Shown one piece after another: positions 30,011 to 41,665 of a stretch of DNA of 60,778 nt; within the stretch, counting starts at the first letter, position 1, and the number at the start of each line of letters is the position of its first letter. The DNA is from Armatimonadota bacterium (lineage in GTDB: Bacteria > Armatimonadota > JAAZEB01), in contig JAAZEB010000080.1 of the NCBI GenBank assembly GCA_012512505.1, forward strand, positions 1-60,778, written 5' to 3'. Made by a program: the position numbers and the translations under genes. Below the pieces are notes generated by a model that saw only the letters and a list, made by a program, of their open reading frames with translations, was not told the origin of the DNA and made no database searches.

Positions 30011-32995
30011 TCACTCCGCTACGCTGGCAATCGAGCGCGCCAGGCCGTGGTGGCGAAGGACGGCCAGGTCGTTGAAGTCGCCCATCGGGGCCGCCTCGAT
30101 CCCCCGGCCGAAGAAAGCCACGAAGAGGTCGTTGTCCTCGGTGCCGCGCACGTTGCCAAACCAGCGCGCGGCGAAGGCGATGTCGCCCCGGAAGAAGCAG
30201 GCGCCGGGCGCCGAGCGGCTGGTGGTCCACTCATCGTAGTAGCGCCGCGTCAACCAGCCGCCGTTCACCGACCGATCGGCGACGCGGGTGCAGACGTAGT
30301 GGCAGGCCCACGGCGCCTCCTTGCCGAAAAGCCCGCACGCCAGGAAGTAGAGCTGCCCTTGCTCCCCGAAACTGCGGTTCGGCTCCCACAGCAGCAGTAC
30401 CCGGCTGCTGCCCCGCTCGCCCCCTTGCTCACCGCCCACCCACTCTTGCGAGAGCTGGCGGACGCGCCCTCCGCGCTCCAGCACGAAGTGGCGCACTTGG
30501 AAGCGCGCCGGGTGGCCGCCGGGGATGTCTTGCATTCCCCCCACCCACAGTGTCGGCCGCCCGCCCCGGGGGCTTCCCGCCGCGGCCCCCACCGGCACGG
30601 TGCTCGTGAAGCCGAGCGACTGCACGCTCGTCACCCGGGGCACGCCATCGCGCCCCACGGCCAGCAGCCGCAGTTCCACCGGCGCGCGCGCCGTGCGCCA
30701 GAGGAGCAGGCCCAGCCGTCCGGCAAACGATACCAGGGTGGGACAGGTGCCGGCACTGTCCGGAACGTCATAGGCCGGACCAACCTGCAGCTTGCCCCGG
30801 GGACCGAACCGCAGCGAGCGGAGGCGCACCCCCGTGCGCATCGGGAAGGCCACCCAGGTGGCCCCCTGGTGGTAGATCGCCGACGGGTCCCCCGTTACCC
30901 CGGCAGGTTCCACCACCAGCTCATCCGACCACCGCGGGCCATCGCGCTCCCGGTCACGCCCGGTCCACAGCCGCAGGCAGAGCTTGCCCGGCAGCTCCGG
31001 GCAGAGGCTGGGGTGCGTCGCCGAGGCATCGGCAGGCGGCACCGGCACGCCCTCCGGGAGCTGGCCGCAGAAGAGAAGGAGTCGGGCGCTGCTCCCTCGA
31101 CCATGAGCCACCAACGCCGGCGCGGTGTAGCTTTTCCCGATGATGTGCCGCAAGCCGGCAGTGGTCGAGTAGCCGTAGTTGATGTCTGCCGCCACCCGTT
31201 TCTCGCCGAAGACGCCGTTCCAGTTCCAGTCGATCAACGTCTCTCGGCCGCCCGGCGCCGGCTTCAGCCGGTAATGGTAGGGTGGGCCGGCGAGAAACGA
31301 CACCGCCTCCGGTGGGAACGGTAGGCGCTCGGAGAGGCGGCGCTCGTCCAGCACCAGGGAGGCAAACCGCCCGTCGGAGTAGCGGATCTGGTCGCCGCGC
31401 CCGTTGAGCTGGTAGTTGTAAGCGTAGTTCATCACGCTGGGGTAGATCGGGCACCAGGCTGGCTCCCAGCGGCCGGAGTGGTCCAGGCCGAGCTGGTGGC
31501 CGAACTCGTGGATGAAGGTGGCGTAGAAGCCGTGGAAGCCGCAGCTTCCACGGTCGGCCATCTCGCCCGACTGCCCCCCGCCGGCGTTGTAGACGACCAT
31601 CCAGTGCGTCACGCCGCGGTGCGCCCGGGCGTGGAACTGTTCTCCCAGCTCCCACCACGGCTTGCCGGCGTCCGCCGCCGGCACCGGGGGCAGGTAAAGC
31701 ACGCGCAGGGCGATCCCCGGTTGCCCATCCGGGTTCTCAATCGGCAGCGCGGCATAGTAGGCCACGACGCGCTGCATCTCCTCCCGGAGGCGATCCTCCG
31801 GCACGCCGGGCATCGGCTGCAGCTCCACCAGCACATCGCGGTGCCGGGGCGAGCAGCCAAGCGCCGGCAGGTCGAGGCCGCCCGGCTTCACCTGGCCACT
31901 CTCCCAGGCGTTCAACAGGCCATCCTGGTCGGCGTCGGCAAAGGGGGCGTCTTCCGGGGCATCGCCGGTGCAGGCGTAATGCAGGTAGAGGCAGTCGCCA
32001 TCGACGGGATCGCCGGAGCGCTGGGCCCGCAGCAGGTCGTCCTTGCCGTCGCCATCAAAGTCGGCGGCCAGCCAGGCGTAATCGGTGCGGGCCTGGTCGG
32101 CCGGCGGCAGGGTGGGCAGCGGGATCGCCCCGGCAGCCTCGCCACGGGGCAGCAGCTTCTGCCCCAGGATGAGGTCGTACCCCGGGGCGCCCAGGAAGCG
32201 TCCGCATGCCAGCCCGTCGCCGGGCGCGCCCGTGGCCACCACGGCACGTGCCTGGAGGTGGACCGTCTTGCCATCGCCCAGGGCCAGGGAGGCTCGCCAG
32301 AGGCGTCCCCGCCGGTCGAGCCAGGCGATCTCCCAGCGGCCATCGCCGTCCAGGTCGCCGGCCGCCAGGCGCCTCAGTTCGGGCAGCCGCTCGCTCACCG
32401 GGCGTGCCGCGAAGCGGGGCAACGCGCCGCTATCGGGGCGGTTGTGCAGCAAGAGCAGCCGACCACTGGCATCGGCCAGGAGGGCATCCTGCCGCCCATC
32501 GCCGTCGGCATCGAGGGCCACGGCCCGCGCCGGCGCCCGCGGCAGCGGCGCCTCCACCGCGCCCACCGGGTCGAGGCGCGCGAAGGTCGTCGTCTCCGGC
32601 TGCAGATCGTGCGCCAGGCGCAGCGTGCCGTCGGGAAGGAGCAAGAGCACGCTGGCGCGTTGGTCTACAAAGGGTGCGGCCAACACGGCGAGGGCATCCT
32701 CGCCTGCCCGCGTGGCGGCCTGCGCGCCGAAGCGCAGCTTGCCGAGCGCCGAGGTGCAGGCGGCGTCGAGGATCCCCTCGCCGCCCGGGTAGTAGCCGAT
32801 GAAGTCGGCACGGCCGTCGCCGTTCAGATCGCCGGCCAGCGCGGTGCGGGGCGCGGCGTAGGCCCCGAGGATCACGCCGGGAGCCATCCGCAGCGCTGGT
32901 GTCGGTTCGGCGGCCGTTGGCTGGCTGGCGGCCAGCAGGGCAACGACCGTCCACAGAGCCAGGAGCATCCTGCCACGAGGCCGGTTGAGAAGCAT
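30011..32995 (-). CDS. Secreted FG-GAP/VCBS-repeat protein fused to a metzincin-type zinc protease and a large C-terminal domain
   Basis: ATG at 32995 opens a signal peptide (MLLALWTVVALLAASQPTAA). There are four DxDGDG-type loops: DLNGDGRAD, DADGDGRQD, DLDGDGRWE and DFDGDGKDD. The zinc motif is HEFGHQLGLDH. Confidence 0.8.
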   Translation of the reverse strand: MLLNRPRGRMLLALWTVVALLAASQPTAAEPTPALRMAPGVILGAYAAPRTALAGDLNGDGRADFIGYYPGGEGILDAACTSALGKLRFGAQAATRAGEDALAVLAAPFVDQRASVLLLLPDGTLRLAHDLQPETTTFARLDPVGAVEAPLPRAPARAVALDADGDGRQDALLADASGRLLLLHNRPDSGALPRFAARPVSERLPELRRLAAGDLDGDGRWEIAWLDRRGRLWRASLALGDGKTVHLQARAVVATGAPGDGLACGRFLGAPGYDLILGQKLLPRGEAAGAIPLPTLPPADQARTDYAWLAADFDGDGKDDLLRAQRSGDPVDGDCLYLHYACTGDAPEDAPFADADQDGLLNAWESGQVKPGGLDLPALGCSPRHRDVLVELQPMPGVPEDRLREEMQRVVAYYAALPIENPDGQPGIALRVLYLPPVPAADAGKPWWELGEQFHARAHRGVTHWMVVYNAGGGQSGEMADRGSCGFHGFYATFIHEFGHQLGLDHSGRWEPAWCPIYPSVMNYAYNYQLNGRGDQIRYSDGRFASLVLDERRLSERLPFPPEAVSFLAGPPYHYRLKPAPGGRETLIDWNWNGVFGEKRVAADINYGYSTTAGLRHIIGKSYTAPALVAHGRGSSARLLLFCGQLPEGVPVPPADASATHPSLCPELPGKLCLRLWTGRDRERDGPRWSDELVVEPAGVTGDPSAIYHQGATWVAFPMRTGVRLRSLRFGPRGKLQVGPAYDVPDSAGTCPTLVSFAGRLGLLLWRTARAPVELRLLAVGRDGVPRVTSVQSLGFTSTVPVGAAAGSPRGGRPTLWVGGMQDIPGGHPARFQVRHFVLERGGRVRQLSQEWVGGEQGGERGSSRVLLLWEPNRSFGEQGQLYFLACGLFGKEAPWACHYVCTRVADRSVNGGWLTRRYYDEWTTSRSAPGACFFRGDIAFAARWFGNVRGTEDNDLFVAFFGRGIEAAPMGDFNDLAVLRHHGLARSIASVAE

Positions 32996-33206
32996 CCGCG
33001 CGCTTTCCGTTCCGTGAGTTGAGGCAGGCCCGGGCGCCGGCTCCAGGAGCACGCGCCTGGTGGGCTCTCGGAGGGAGTTCCCCGCGTTGGCTGCCTCTCC
33101 TGCCGGCCAAGCAGGAGGATGCGCGCGCGAGGGTGTAAGGGAGGTAGGGGCCGGCAGGAAGGCCGGTGGCGAAGTGCCGGCCGCGGCCGGCAGGGGCGGG
33201 AGACCA

Positions 33207-35951
33207 ATGGTTCTGGGAGCACTTCTGGCAGCAGCAATGATACCCACCAACCTTCAGTGCGAGTACCTCACCAATCCCCTGGGCATCGACTGCCCGCGGC
33301 CACGCCTGAGCTGGGCGCTGGAGTCCGGCCGGCGGGGTGACACGCAGTGCGCCTACCAGGTGCAGGTCGCCAGCAGCGTGGAGCGGCTGCGCCGGGGCCG
33401 GCCGGACCTGTGGGACAGCGGCAAGGTGACCAGCAGCCAGTCGCTCGGCATCGCCTACGACGGCCAGCCGCTGGGCACCGGGGCGCGCGCCTGGTGGCGG
33501 GTGCGCGTGTGGGATGGCGCCGGGAAGGTTTCCCGTTACAGCCCGCCCGCCTGGTGGGAGATGGCGCTGACGGCACCGACGGAGTGGCGCGCGCGCTGGA
33601 TTGCCGACTCGCGACCGGAGCCCCAAAGCGACGCGGAGCGCTTCGGGGACAACCCGGCGCCCCTCTTCCGCCGCGAGTTCTCGCTGGGCAAAGAGATTCG
33701 GCGCGCTCGGGCCTACGTGACCGGCCTCGGCTATTACGAGCTGTACCTGAACGGGCAGAAGGTGGGCGACCAGGTCCTTGATCCCGGCTGGACCACCTAC
33801 TCGCGGCGGGTGCTTTACGCCACGCACGATGTGACGACGCTCTTGCGGCGCGGCGCCAACGCCGTGGGGCTGCTGGCCGGCAACGGCTGGTACAACCCGC
33901 TGCCGCTACGCCTCTGGGGCCGGATCAACCTGCGCGAGTACCTCCCCGTCGGCCCGCCGCGGGTGCTGCTGCAACTGGAGGTGGAGTACGCCGATGGCAC
34001 GCGCGAGCGCCTTGTCACCGACGAGCATTGGCGCGTGGGCGACTCGCCGATCCTCCGCAACAGCCTCTACCTGGGAGAGGTCTACGATGCCCGGCAGGAA
34101 CAGCCGGGTTGGGCCCAGCCGGGCTTCGACGACTCGGCCTGGCGGCCGGCGCGGATCGCCACGGAGCCGGTGGGCCCGCTGCAGGCACAGACGGCACCAC
34201 CGATCCGGGCGACGGAGACGCTGCGCCCGGTGGCGGTAAGCGAGCCCCAGCCCGGCGTCTTCATCTTCGACCTGGGGCAAAACTTCGCCGGGTGGGTGAC
34301 GCTGCGGGTGCGCGGGCCGGCGGGCACCCGGATACAGCTTCGCTATGGCGAGCTGCTCGCTCCCGACGGCACGCTGAACCCGTTGACCTCCGTGTGCGGG
34401 CAGATCAAGCGGCAAGAAGCACCCCCGGGCTCCGGCGAGCCGGCCACGGCGTGGCAAAGCGACACCTACGTGCTGCGCGGCGATGGCCTGGAGCACTACA
34501 CGCCCCGCTTCACCTGGCACGCCTTCCGCTACGTGGAGGTCTCCGGCTTCCCCGGCACGCCCACCCGCGACGCCCTGGAGGGGCACCGGCTCCACTCGGC
34601 GGTGGAGTCGGTGGGCAGCTTCGCCTGCTCGAACGAGCTGTTGAACCGCGTGCAGACGGTCACCCGCCGCACGCTGCTCAGCAACGTGTTCAGCGTGCAG
34701 TCCGATTGCCCGCACCGCGAGCGCTTCGGCTACGGCGGCGACATCGTGGCGGCCAGCGAGATGGCGCTGCTCAACTTCGACATGGCGCAGTTCTACGCGA
34801 AGACGGTTCGCGACTTCGCCGACGCCCAGCGCGAGAACGGGGGCTTCACTGAGACCGCGCCATTCGTGGGGATCGCCGATGCCGGCTTCGGCGGCGACTC
34901 GGGGCCGATCGGCTGGGGCACCGCCCACCCGCTGCTGCTGTGGCAGCTTTATCAGTACTACGGCAACCGGGCGCTGCTGGCAGAGCAGTACGACGCTGCC
35001 CGGCGGTGGCTGGCCCTCCTGGAAGCCAACGCCCCGGAGCACCTCATCGACGCCGGCATCGGCGATCACGAGAGCCTGGTGCCCAAGGAGACAGCCGTCT
35101 CCGGCACGGCGTTCTACTACTACAACGCGCATCTGATGGCGAAGATTGCCCGCGCGCTGGACCGGGCGGCGGACGCCGAGCGCTACGCCAACCTCGCGGC
35201 GGCGATCCGGGAGGCGTTCTGCCGGCGCTTCCTGGACCCGGAAACCGGCCGAATCGGCACCGGCACCCAGGCCAACCAGGCGTTTGCCCTTGCCTATGAC
35301 CTGGTACCCCCGCCGCAGCGCGAGCGCGTGCTGGCCTACCTGGTGCGTGACATCCTGGAGGAACGCGGCGGCCACCTCACCACCGGCATCTTTGGCACCA
35401 AACACCTCCTCCACGCGCTGACTGCCTGCGGCCGGGGCGATGTGGCCTACACCGTGGCAAGCAAGAAGACGTTCCCCAGTTGGGGCTACATGCTGGAACA
35501 CGGCGCTACCACCCTCTGGGAGACCTGGGCGTTCAGCGACAACACCTTCTCGCACAACCACCCGATGTTCGGGTCGGTGAGCGAGTGGTTCTTCAAGGCG
35601 CTGGCTGGCATCCAGCCGCACCCGGACGCGGTCGGCTTCGATCAGGTGATCGTTCGCCCGCAGGTGGTGGGCGATCTGACCTGGGCCAAGGGGAGCTACC
35701 GCTCGGTGCGCGGCCCGATCACCAGCGAATGGCGCCGTGAGGGGGAGACGCTGCTGCTGGACGTGTCGCTGCCGCCGAACACCACCGGCACGGTCTACCT
35801 GCCGACCACGGATCCAGACGCCGTGAGCGAGGGCGGCCGTCCGGCGGCCGAGGCGGAAGGCGTCACCTTTGTCGGCCACGCGGAAGGCGAGTGCCTCTAC
35901 CGCATCGGGGGCGGCACCTACCACTTCGTGGTCACCGGCTTGCGCCCGTAG
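33207..35951 (+). CDS. Alpha-L-rhamnosidase (GH78)
   Basis: The N-terminus reads [24 protein letters not shown]. Size is about 910 aa, and the six-hairpin region contains [14 protein letters not shown] and TLWETW. The start is 33207 or 33237. Confidence 0.9.
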   Translation: MVLGALLAAAMIPTNLQCEYLTNPLGIDCPRPRLSWALESGRRGDTQCAYQVQVASSVERLRRGRPDLWDSGKVTSSQSLGIAYDGQPLGTGARAWWRVRVWDGAGKVSRYSPPAWWEMALTAPTEWRARWIADSRPEPQSDAERFGDNPAPLFRREFSLGKEIRRARAYVTGLGYYELYLNGQKVGDQVLDPGWTTYSRRVLYATHDVTTLLRRGANAVGLLAGNGWYNPLPLRLWGRINLREYLPVGPPRVLLQLEVEYADGTRERLVTDEHWRVGDSPILRNSLYLGEVYDARQEQPGWAQPGFDDSAWRPARIATEPVGPLQAQTAPPIRATETLRPVAVSEPQPGVFIFDLGQNFAGWVTLRVRGPAGTRIQLRYGELLAPDGTLNPLTSVCGQIKRQEAPPGSGEPATAWQSDTYVLRGDGLEHYTPRFTWHAFRYVEVSGFPGTPTRDALEGHRLHSAVESVGSFACSNELLNRVQTVTRRTLLSNVFSVQSDCPHRERFGYGGDIVAASEMALLNFDMAQFYAKTVRDFADAQRENGGFTETAPFVGIADAGFGGDSGPIGWGTAHPLLLWQLYQYYGNRALLAEQYDAARRWLALLEANAPEHLIDAGIGDHESLVPKETAVSGTAFYYYNAHLMAKIARALDRAADAERYANLAAAIREAFCRRFLDPETGRIGTGTQANQAFALAYDLVPPPQRERVLAYLVRDILEERGGHLTTGIFGTKHLLHALTACGRGDVAYTVASKKTFPSWGYMLEHGATTLWETWAFSDNTFSHNHPMFGSVSEWFFKALAGIQPHPDAVGFDQVIVRPQVVGDLTWAKGSYRSVRGPITSEWRREGETLLLDVSLPPNTTGTVYLPTTDPDAVSEGGRPAAEAEGVTFVGHAEGECLYRIGGGTYHFVVTGLRP

Positions 35952-36048
35952 ACGGCGGGGTTACCCGCGGGCAACTGCCCGGCGGGAGGTAAGCAACCGC
36001 GAGGCCCAGGCCACTGGCCGTCGGGAGGCCGACCGGAGAGGAGAGAAG

Positions 36049-36483
36049 ATGCTCAAAGGGATCTCACCACTATTGAGCCCTGAGCTGCTGGCAGTACTTG
36101 CCCGCATGGGGCACGGAGATGAGATTGTCTTGGCCGACGCGCACTTCCCCGGCGAGACGTTTGGCCAGCGCGTGCTCCGTGCTGATGGCCTGCGCATCGC
36201 CGACCTGCTGGATGCGATCTTGCCGCTGTTTGAGCTAGACAGCTACGTGGACGCGCCGGTAGTGATGATGGCGGCGGTGCCCGGCGACACGCTGGACCCG
36301 GCGGTGGAGCAAGCCTACCGTGCCGTCATCGACCGGCACGCCCCGGCCACGCCACCGATTGCCCGTATCGAGCGCTTCACCTTCTACGAGCGTGCCAGGG
36401 CAGCGTTCGCTGTGGTGATGACCGGCGAGACCGCCAAGTACGGCAACGTGATCCTGAAGAAGGGGGTCACCCCCTCGGGTTGA
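36049..36483 (+). CDS. RbsD/FucU-family sugar mutarotase
   Basis: ATG at 36049 follows GGAGAGGAGAG. The peptide [27 protein letters not shown] is the family signature. Confidence 0.85.
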   Translation: MLKGISPLLSPELLAVLARMGHGDEIVLADAHFPGETFGQRVLRADGLRIADLLDAILPLFELDSYVDAPVVMMAAVPGDTLDPAVEQAYRAVIDRHAPATPPIARIERFTFYERARAAFAVVMTGETAKYGNVILKKGVTPSG

Positions 36484-36677
36484 GGGGCCGCCCGGCTGAC
36501 GTCGCGCATCCCTCCGAGTTCGCCGGATGCACGTTAGGAGCCATATCCTCCAGCAGAAACTGAGCACAGGCGTGGTAGAGAAGTGGTGAATGCCGGGAGC
36601 CGGGGAGGAAGACGCCCACGCCCTTCGCCCGGCAAGGATCATCCCGGGAGGGAGAACATGGAGGAACTGCACCAGGG

Positions 36678-37310
36678 ATGAAGCGCACTTACCTGTGGGG
36701 GGAGTTCGTGCTCCTCTTCTGGGGCCTGCCGGTGTTCCTGGCGCTGTATCCGCTGCCGATCCCGAAGGTGCTGCTCCTGCTCCCGGTGGCCGGCCTCTGT
36801 TTGGTATCGCTGCTGCGCGACCGTTCCTTCGACCGGACGCAGCTTTGGAACGCGGCCGCCGCGCGAGAGGGACTGCCGCGGGTGCTGCTTCTCTTCGCCC
36901 TCACCGCCCCGATCCTGGCTGCCGGCGTGCTGCTGTTCCTGCCGTCGGCCTTCCTCGGGCTGGCGCGGCGGGCGCCCTTCCTCTGGGGCGCCATCATGCT
37001 GCTCTACCCGCTGCTGTCGGTCTACCCCCAGGAGCTGATCTACCGGGCGTTTCTCTTCCAGCGCTACCGGCCGCTCCTGGGCGGCGACGCGGCCCTCACG
37101 GGATGGAGCGCGGCGGCGTTTGGCTTCGTCCACATCCTCTACGGGAGCTTCGTCTCCGTGCTCCTCTCCCTGGCTGGCGGCTACCTGTTCGCCACCAGCT
37201 ACCGGCGCTCGCGCTCGCTGCTCCTCGCCGCCGTACAGCACGCCCTCTACGGCGACCTGATCTTCACCCTCGGCCTCGGGCAGTTCTTCTACCGGCCACC
37301 GACACCATAG
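36678..37310 (+). CDS. CPBP-family (CAAX) intramembrane glutamic endopeptidase
   Basis: It is multi-TM, with the motif 1 variant QELIYRAFLF, and FGFVH and the HALYG motif. Confidence 0.85.
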   Translation: MKRTYLWGEFVLLFWGLPVFLALYPLPIPKVLLLLPVAGLCLVSLLRDRSFDRTQLWNAAAAREGLPRVLLLFALTAPILAAGVLLFLPSAFLGLARRAPFLWGAIMLLYPLLSVYPQELIYRAFLFQRYRPLLGGDAALTGWSAAAFGFVHILYGSFVSVLLSLAGGYLFATSYRRSRSLLLAAVQHALYGDLIFTLGLGQFFYRPPTP

Positions 37311-37358
37311 GCGGGGGCACGGTAGCGCGCAGACCGCCCTGAAACGTCGCGCGCCGGC

Positions 37359-38774
<1,416 letters not shown>

Positions 38775-38842
38775 GGTACCTCCGGCGGCCAGACGGCGCC
38801 CCTGCCCAGCGCGTCACACTCGCGGGGCACCGCGCCCCGGTC

Positions 38843-39688
38843 TCAGCGGCGGAGGGCCAGCAGCTCGACGAGCTGCGCCAGCACTTCGTCACGATCGCAG
38901 CCGTTGAGGGCCAGCGCCAGTTGGGCCACCAGCAGGCCATACTTCACGCCGATGTCGTAGCGTCGGCCCTGCGCCTCGAAGGCCAGGTAACGCTCGCGCA
39001 CGGCCAGTTGCCCCAGAGCGGGCGAGAGCCACACCTGCCCGCCCTCCGCCGGTGCCGCCGCCACGCGCTCGCCCAGGATCTCCATGATCGTGGGCGTCAG
39101 CACGTGCATACCGAAGAAGCAGAGGTAGTGGCCGGCACGCAACCCGGGAACCACCAACTGCTGCTCCGCCTCGGTCGGCGTCGGCTTCTCGATCACGGCC
39201 TGGATCACGTAGAGGTGCTGGCGGCCCGGCACCCGCGGCCCCCCCACCGTGCCGTAGTAGGGAAGCAGGTTCTCGCGGATCGCCTGCACCGCGGAAACCG
39301 CGCAGTCCTCGGCCACGGCTACCTTCACAAGTTGCTGGGCGCAGCTATCGGCCTCCTGGCTCACGTAGAGGTGGTCGCACACCAGGTGGAGGAAGGCGTC
39401 GTCGCCCACGAAACCGCGCGCGCACCAGATCGCGTGTCCGTAGCCCAGCGGCTCCTCCTGCGCGACGAAGTGCAGCCGCGCCGCGTGCTCGCCGACCACC
39501 GCGGCGTAGGCTTCCTGGTCGCCCGGGCGCACCACCAGACAGACATCCTCCACGCCGGCGCGCACCGCCTCCTCAACGACGATGCGCAGCGCCGGCTTGG
39601 GGATCCCGTCCTGGTCCACGAGCGTCTGAAACCCCAACGTGCGCTGATTCTGGCCGGCCGCCGTGATGACGGCCTTGGTGATCTTCAC
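38843..39688 (-). CDS. Sugar-phosphate nucleotidyltransferase (GalU/RmlA-like NTP_transferase fold)
   Basis: A GTG start follows AGGGAG. The N-terminus is [12 protein letters not shown], a variant of the AAGxGTR loop. It also has [11 protein letters not shown] and YDIGVKYG, and is 281 aa long. Confidence 0.7.
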   Translation of the reverse strand: MKITKAVITAAGQNQRTLGFQTLVDQDGIPKPALRIVVEEAVRAGVEDVCLVVRPGDQEAYAAVVGEHAARLHFVAQEEPLGYGHAIWCARGFVGDDAFLHLVCDHLYVSQEADSCAQQLVKVAVAEDCAVSAVQAIRENLLPYYGTVGGPRVPGRQHLYVIQAVIEKPTPTEAEQQLVVPGLRAGHYLCFFGMHVLTPTIMEILGERVAAAPAEGGQVWLSPALGQLAVRERYLAFEAQGRRYDIGVKYGLLVAQLALALNGCDRDEVLAQLVELLALRR

Positions 39689-40132
39689 GGGCTACTCCCT
39701 GCTGCCGGTCACGCCACAAAGCAAGATGAAGAGCCACGAAGGGCGGGGCCGCCCGGAGTCGGGTTCGTGCCTCTTCGTCAGGCCCCTGCCGGAGGTGCCC
39801 TCAAGCGGCGGTGCCAGGGTGCCGCCGCCCCGGGAGAAGGCTCACCGCGACCGGCGGGCGTGCCTTCCCGCGGTGACGTGGCAACGGCGTACTGTTCGTT
39901 CAGAACTGGCACGGCTCCTGCTCGAGGTGACGCTCACCTCAGGGCGCCGGGGGCGCCCGCGACCGCGCACCCCGGCGGCGCCGCCACGAAACGGCAGCGG
40001 CACCCCGTGGATGCTCGCGCGGGGCCTCACTTGCCGTCGGGTGGCCCGGCGCATCCCCCTGAGCCGCACGGAGGAGGCGACCGGTTTGGTGTCTGCTCGA
40101 TGCGGGTATGACAAAAACGAGGCTTTCCGGCA

Positions 40133-40630
40133 ATGAATGACTGTGGCGTTAACCGATACCGTTGGGGCCGTCTCGACATCCCGAGTCGGCCAGAGTGCGT
40201 GCCCGTCGTGCGACACGCCATCGCTCGCCTGGCGCAGCAGACCAGCTTGAGCGCCGAGGAGCGAGGAGACCTAGACCTCGCCGTGACGGAGGCGTGCGCC
40301 AACGCGGTGCGGCACGGCTCGCCCCAACGGGAGCGGAACACCGTCTGCGTCGCCTACTTCGCCGGGCCGGACGCGGTGCTGGTGGAGATCCGTGACCAGG
40401 GCGGCGGCTTCAGCGCGGCGGCAAAGGCCCCGCCGGCGGCCGGCGAGCTGCGCGACGGGGGCTATGGGATCCACATCATGCGGCAGGTGATGGACGACGT
40501 GGAGATCGCCTGGCAGGGGGGCACCGTGGTGCGCCTCCTCAAGCGGCGCCGCCAGGGCCGGCCCGGCGCCCCAGCCAGAGGAGCCACTCTCGTCGCGCCT
40601 GGCCCGGGGCGGCTGCCGGTGCCGGCGTAG
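40133..40630 (+). CDS. RsbW/SpoIIAB-like anti-sigma-factor serine kinase (HATPase_c_2)
   Basis: It has the N-box AVTEACANAVRHG, the G1 motif IRDQGGGF and the G2 motif GGYGIHIM. The C-terminal tail is Arg/Pro-rich. Confidence 0.75.
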   Translation: MNDCGVNRYRWGRLDIPSRPECVPVVRHAIARLAQQTSLSAEERGDLDLAVTEACANAVRHGSPQRERNTVCVAYFAGPDAVLVEIRDQGGGFSAAAKAPPAAGELRDGGYGIHIMRQVMDDVEIAWQGGTVVRLLKRRRQGRPGAPARGATLVAPGPGRLPVPA

Positions 40631-40651
40631 CCGGGCGCGGCCACCCGCCGC

Positions 40652-41602
40652 ATGGGGCAGCAGATGGCGAGCCGACACACAGGGAGGCCACCGGACGGGC
40701 GCTGCCGCTGCGTGATCATCGGCGGCGGGCCGGCTGGCCTGGCGTGCGGGCTCTACTTCTCGCGGCTCAACTGCGAGACCGTCGTCATCTTTCGCGAGGA
40801 TCAGCGCGCGCGGCTCATTCCACACACCTGGAACGTGCCCGGCTACCCCGACGGCATCGCCGGCGACGAACTGATCGAGCGCTGCAAGGCGCACGCCCGC
40901 CGCTATGGCGCCGCTTTCGTCAATGGCGAGGTGGACCAGGTGCGCGGCACCATGTGGAACTTTGAGGTGTGCCTGACCGACGGGCGCGAGTTCCCCGCGT
41001 GCCACGTCGTCTTCGCCACCGGAGTAGAGGATATTCCGCCGGACATCCCCCGGGTTCACAAGTACGTGGGGCGCGGCCTGCGCCACTGCCCGATCTGCGA
41101 CGGCTACGAGGCGAATGGGCAGCGGCTGGCGATCTTCGGCACCGGCAACCGGGTGGCGCGCCATGCCCTCTACCTGACCACCTTCACCGACCGCGTCACG
41201 ATCCTGCTGAACGGGCAGGGCTCCCCGGACGACATCGACCCGGCATTGCGGGAGGACCTGGCGCGGTACGGCATCCGCTGCTTGCCGGCGCGGGTGGCCG
41301 AGGTGCTGGATGAAGGCAGCGAGATCCGTGGCTTCCTCCTGGAAGACGGCACCTTGTTGGAGGTGGACCGGGCCTACAGCGCCCTTGGCATCCGCCCCCG
41401 CTCCGAGGTAGCCCAACGCCTCGGCGTGGCGGTAGACGAGCGCGGCTTCATCAAGGTGGATGCCTACGGCGCCACCAACGTCGAGGGCGTCTACGCCGTC
41501 GGCGACGTGGTGAACGCCGACTATTCGCAGGTCGTGATCGGCATGGGCCAGGCTGCCACCGCTGCCATCCACATCCACGCCCGCTACCTCTCCGAGGGGT
41601 GA
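40652..41602 (+). CDS. Thioredoxin-reductase-like FAD/NAD(P)-dependent oxidoreductase
   Basis: It has the GGGPAG FAD motif, the redox pair CPICDG, a second Rossmann motif AIFGTGNRVA and GVYAVGDV. It starts 21 nt after the kinase gene. Confidence 0.8.
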   Translation: MGQQMASRHTGRPPDGRCRCVIIGGGPAGLACGLYFSRLNCETVVIFREDQRARLIPHTWNVPGYPDGIAGDELIERCKAHARRYGAAFVNGEVDQVRGTMWNFEVCLTDGREFPACHVVFATGVEDIPPDIPRVHKYVGRGLRHCPICDGYEANGQRLAIFGTGNRVARHALYLTTFTDRVTILLNGQGSPDDIDPALREDLARYGIRCLPARVAEVLDEGSEIRGFLLEDGTLLEVDRAYSALGIRPRSEVAQRLGVAVDERGFIKVDAYGATNVEGVYAVGDVVNADYSQVVIGMGQAATAAIHIHARYLSEG

Positions 41603-41665
41603 GGCGCCCCGCCGCAGGACGCGACCCGCCGGGCGGCGAACCTTCAGCGGCAGGGAGAGTGGAGG

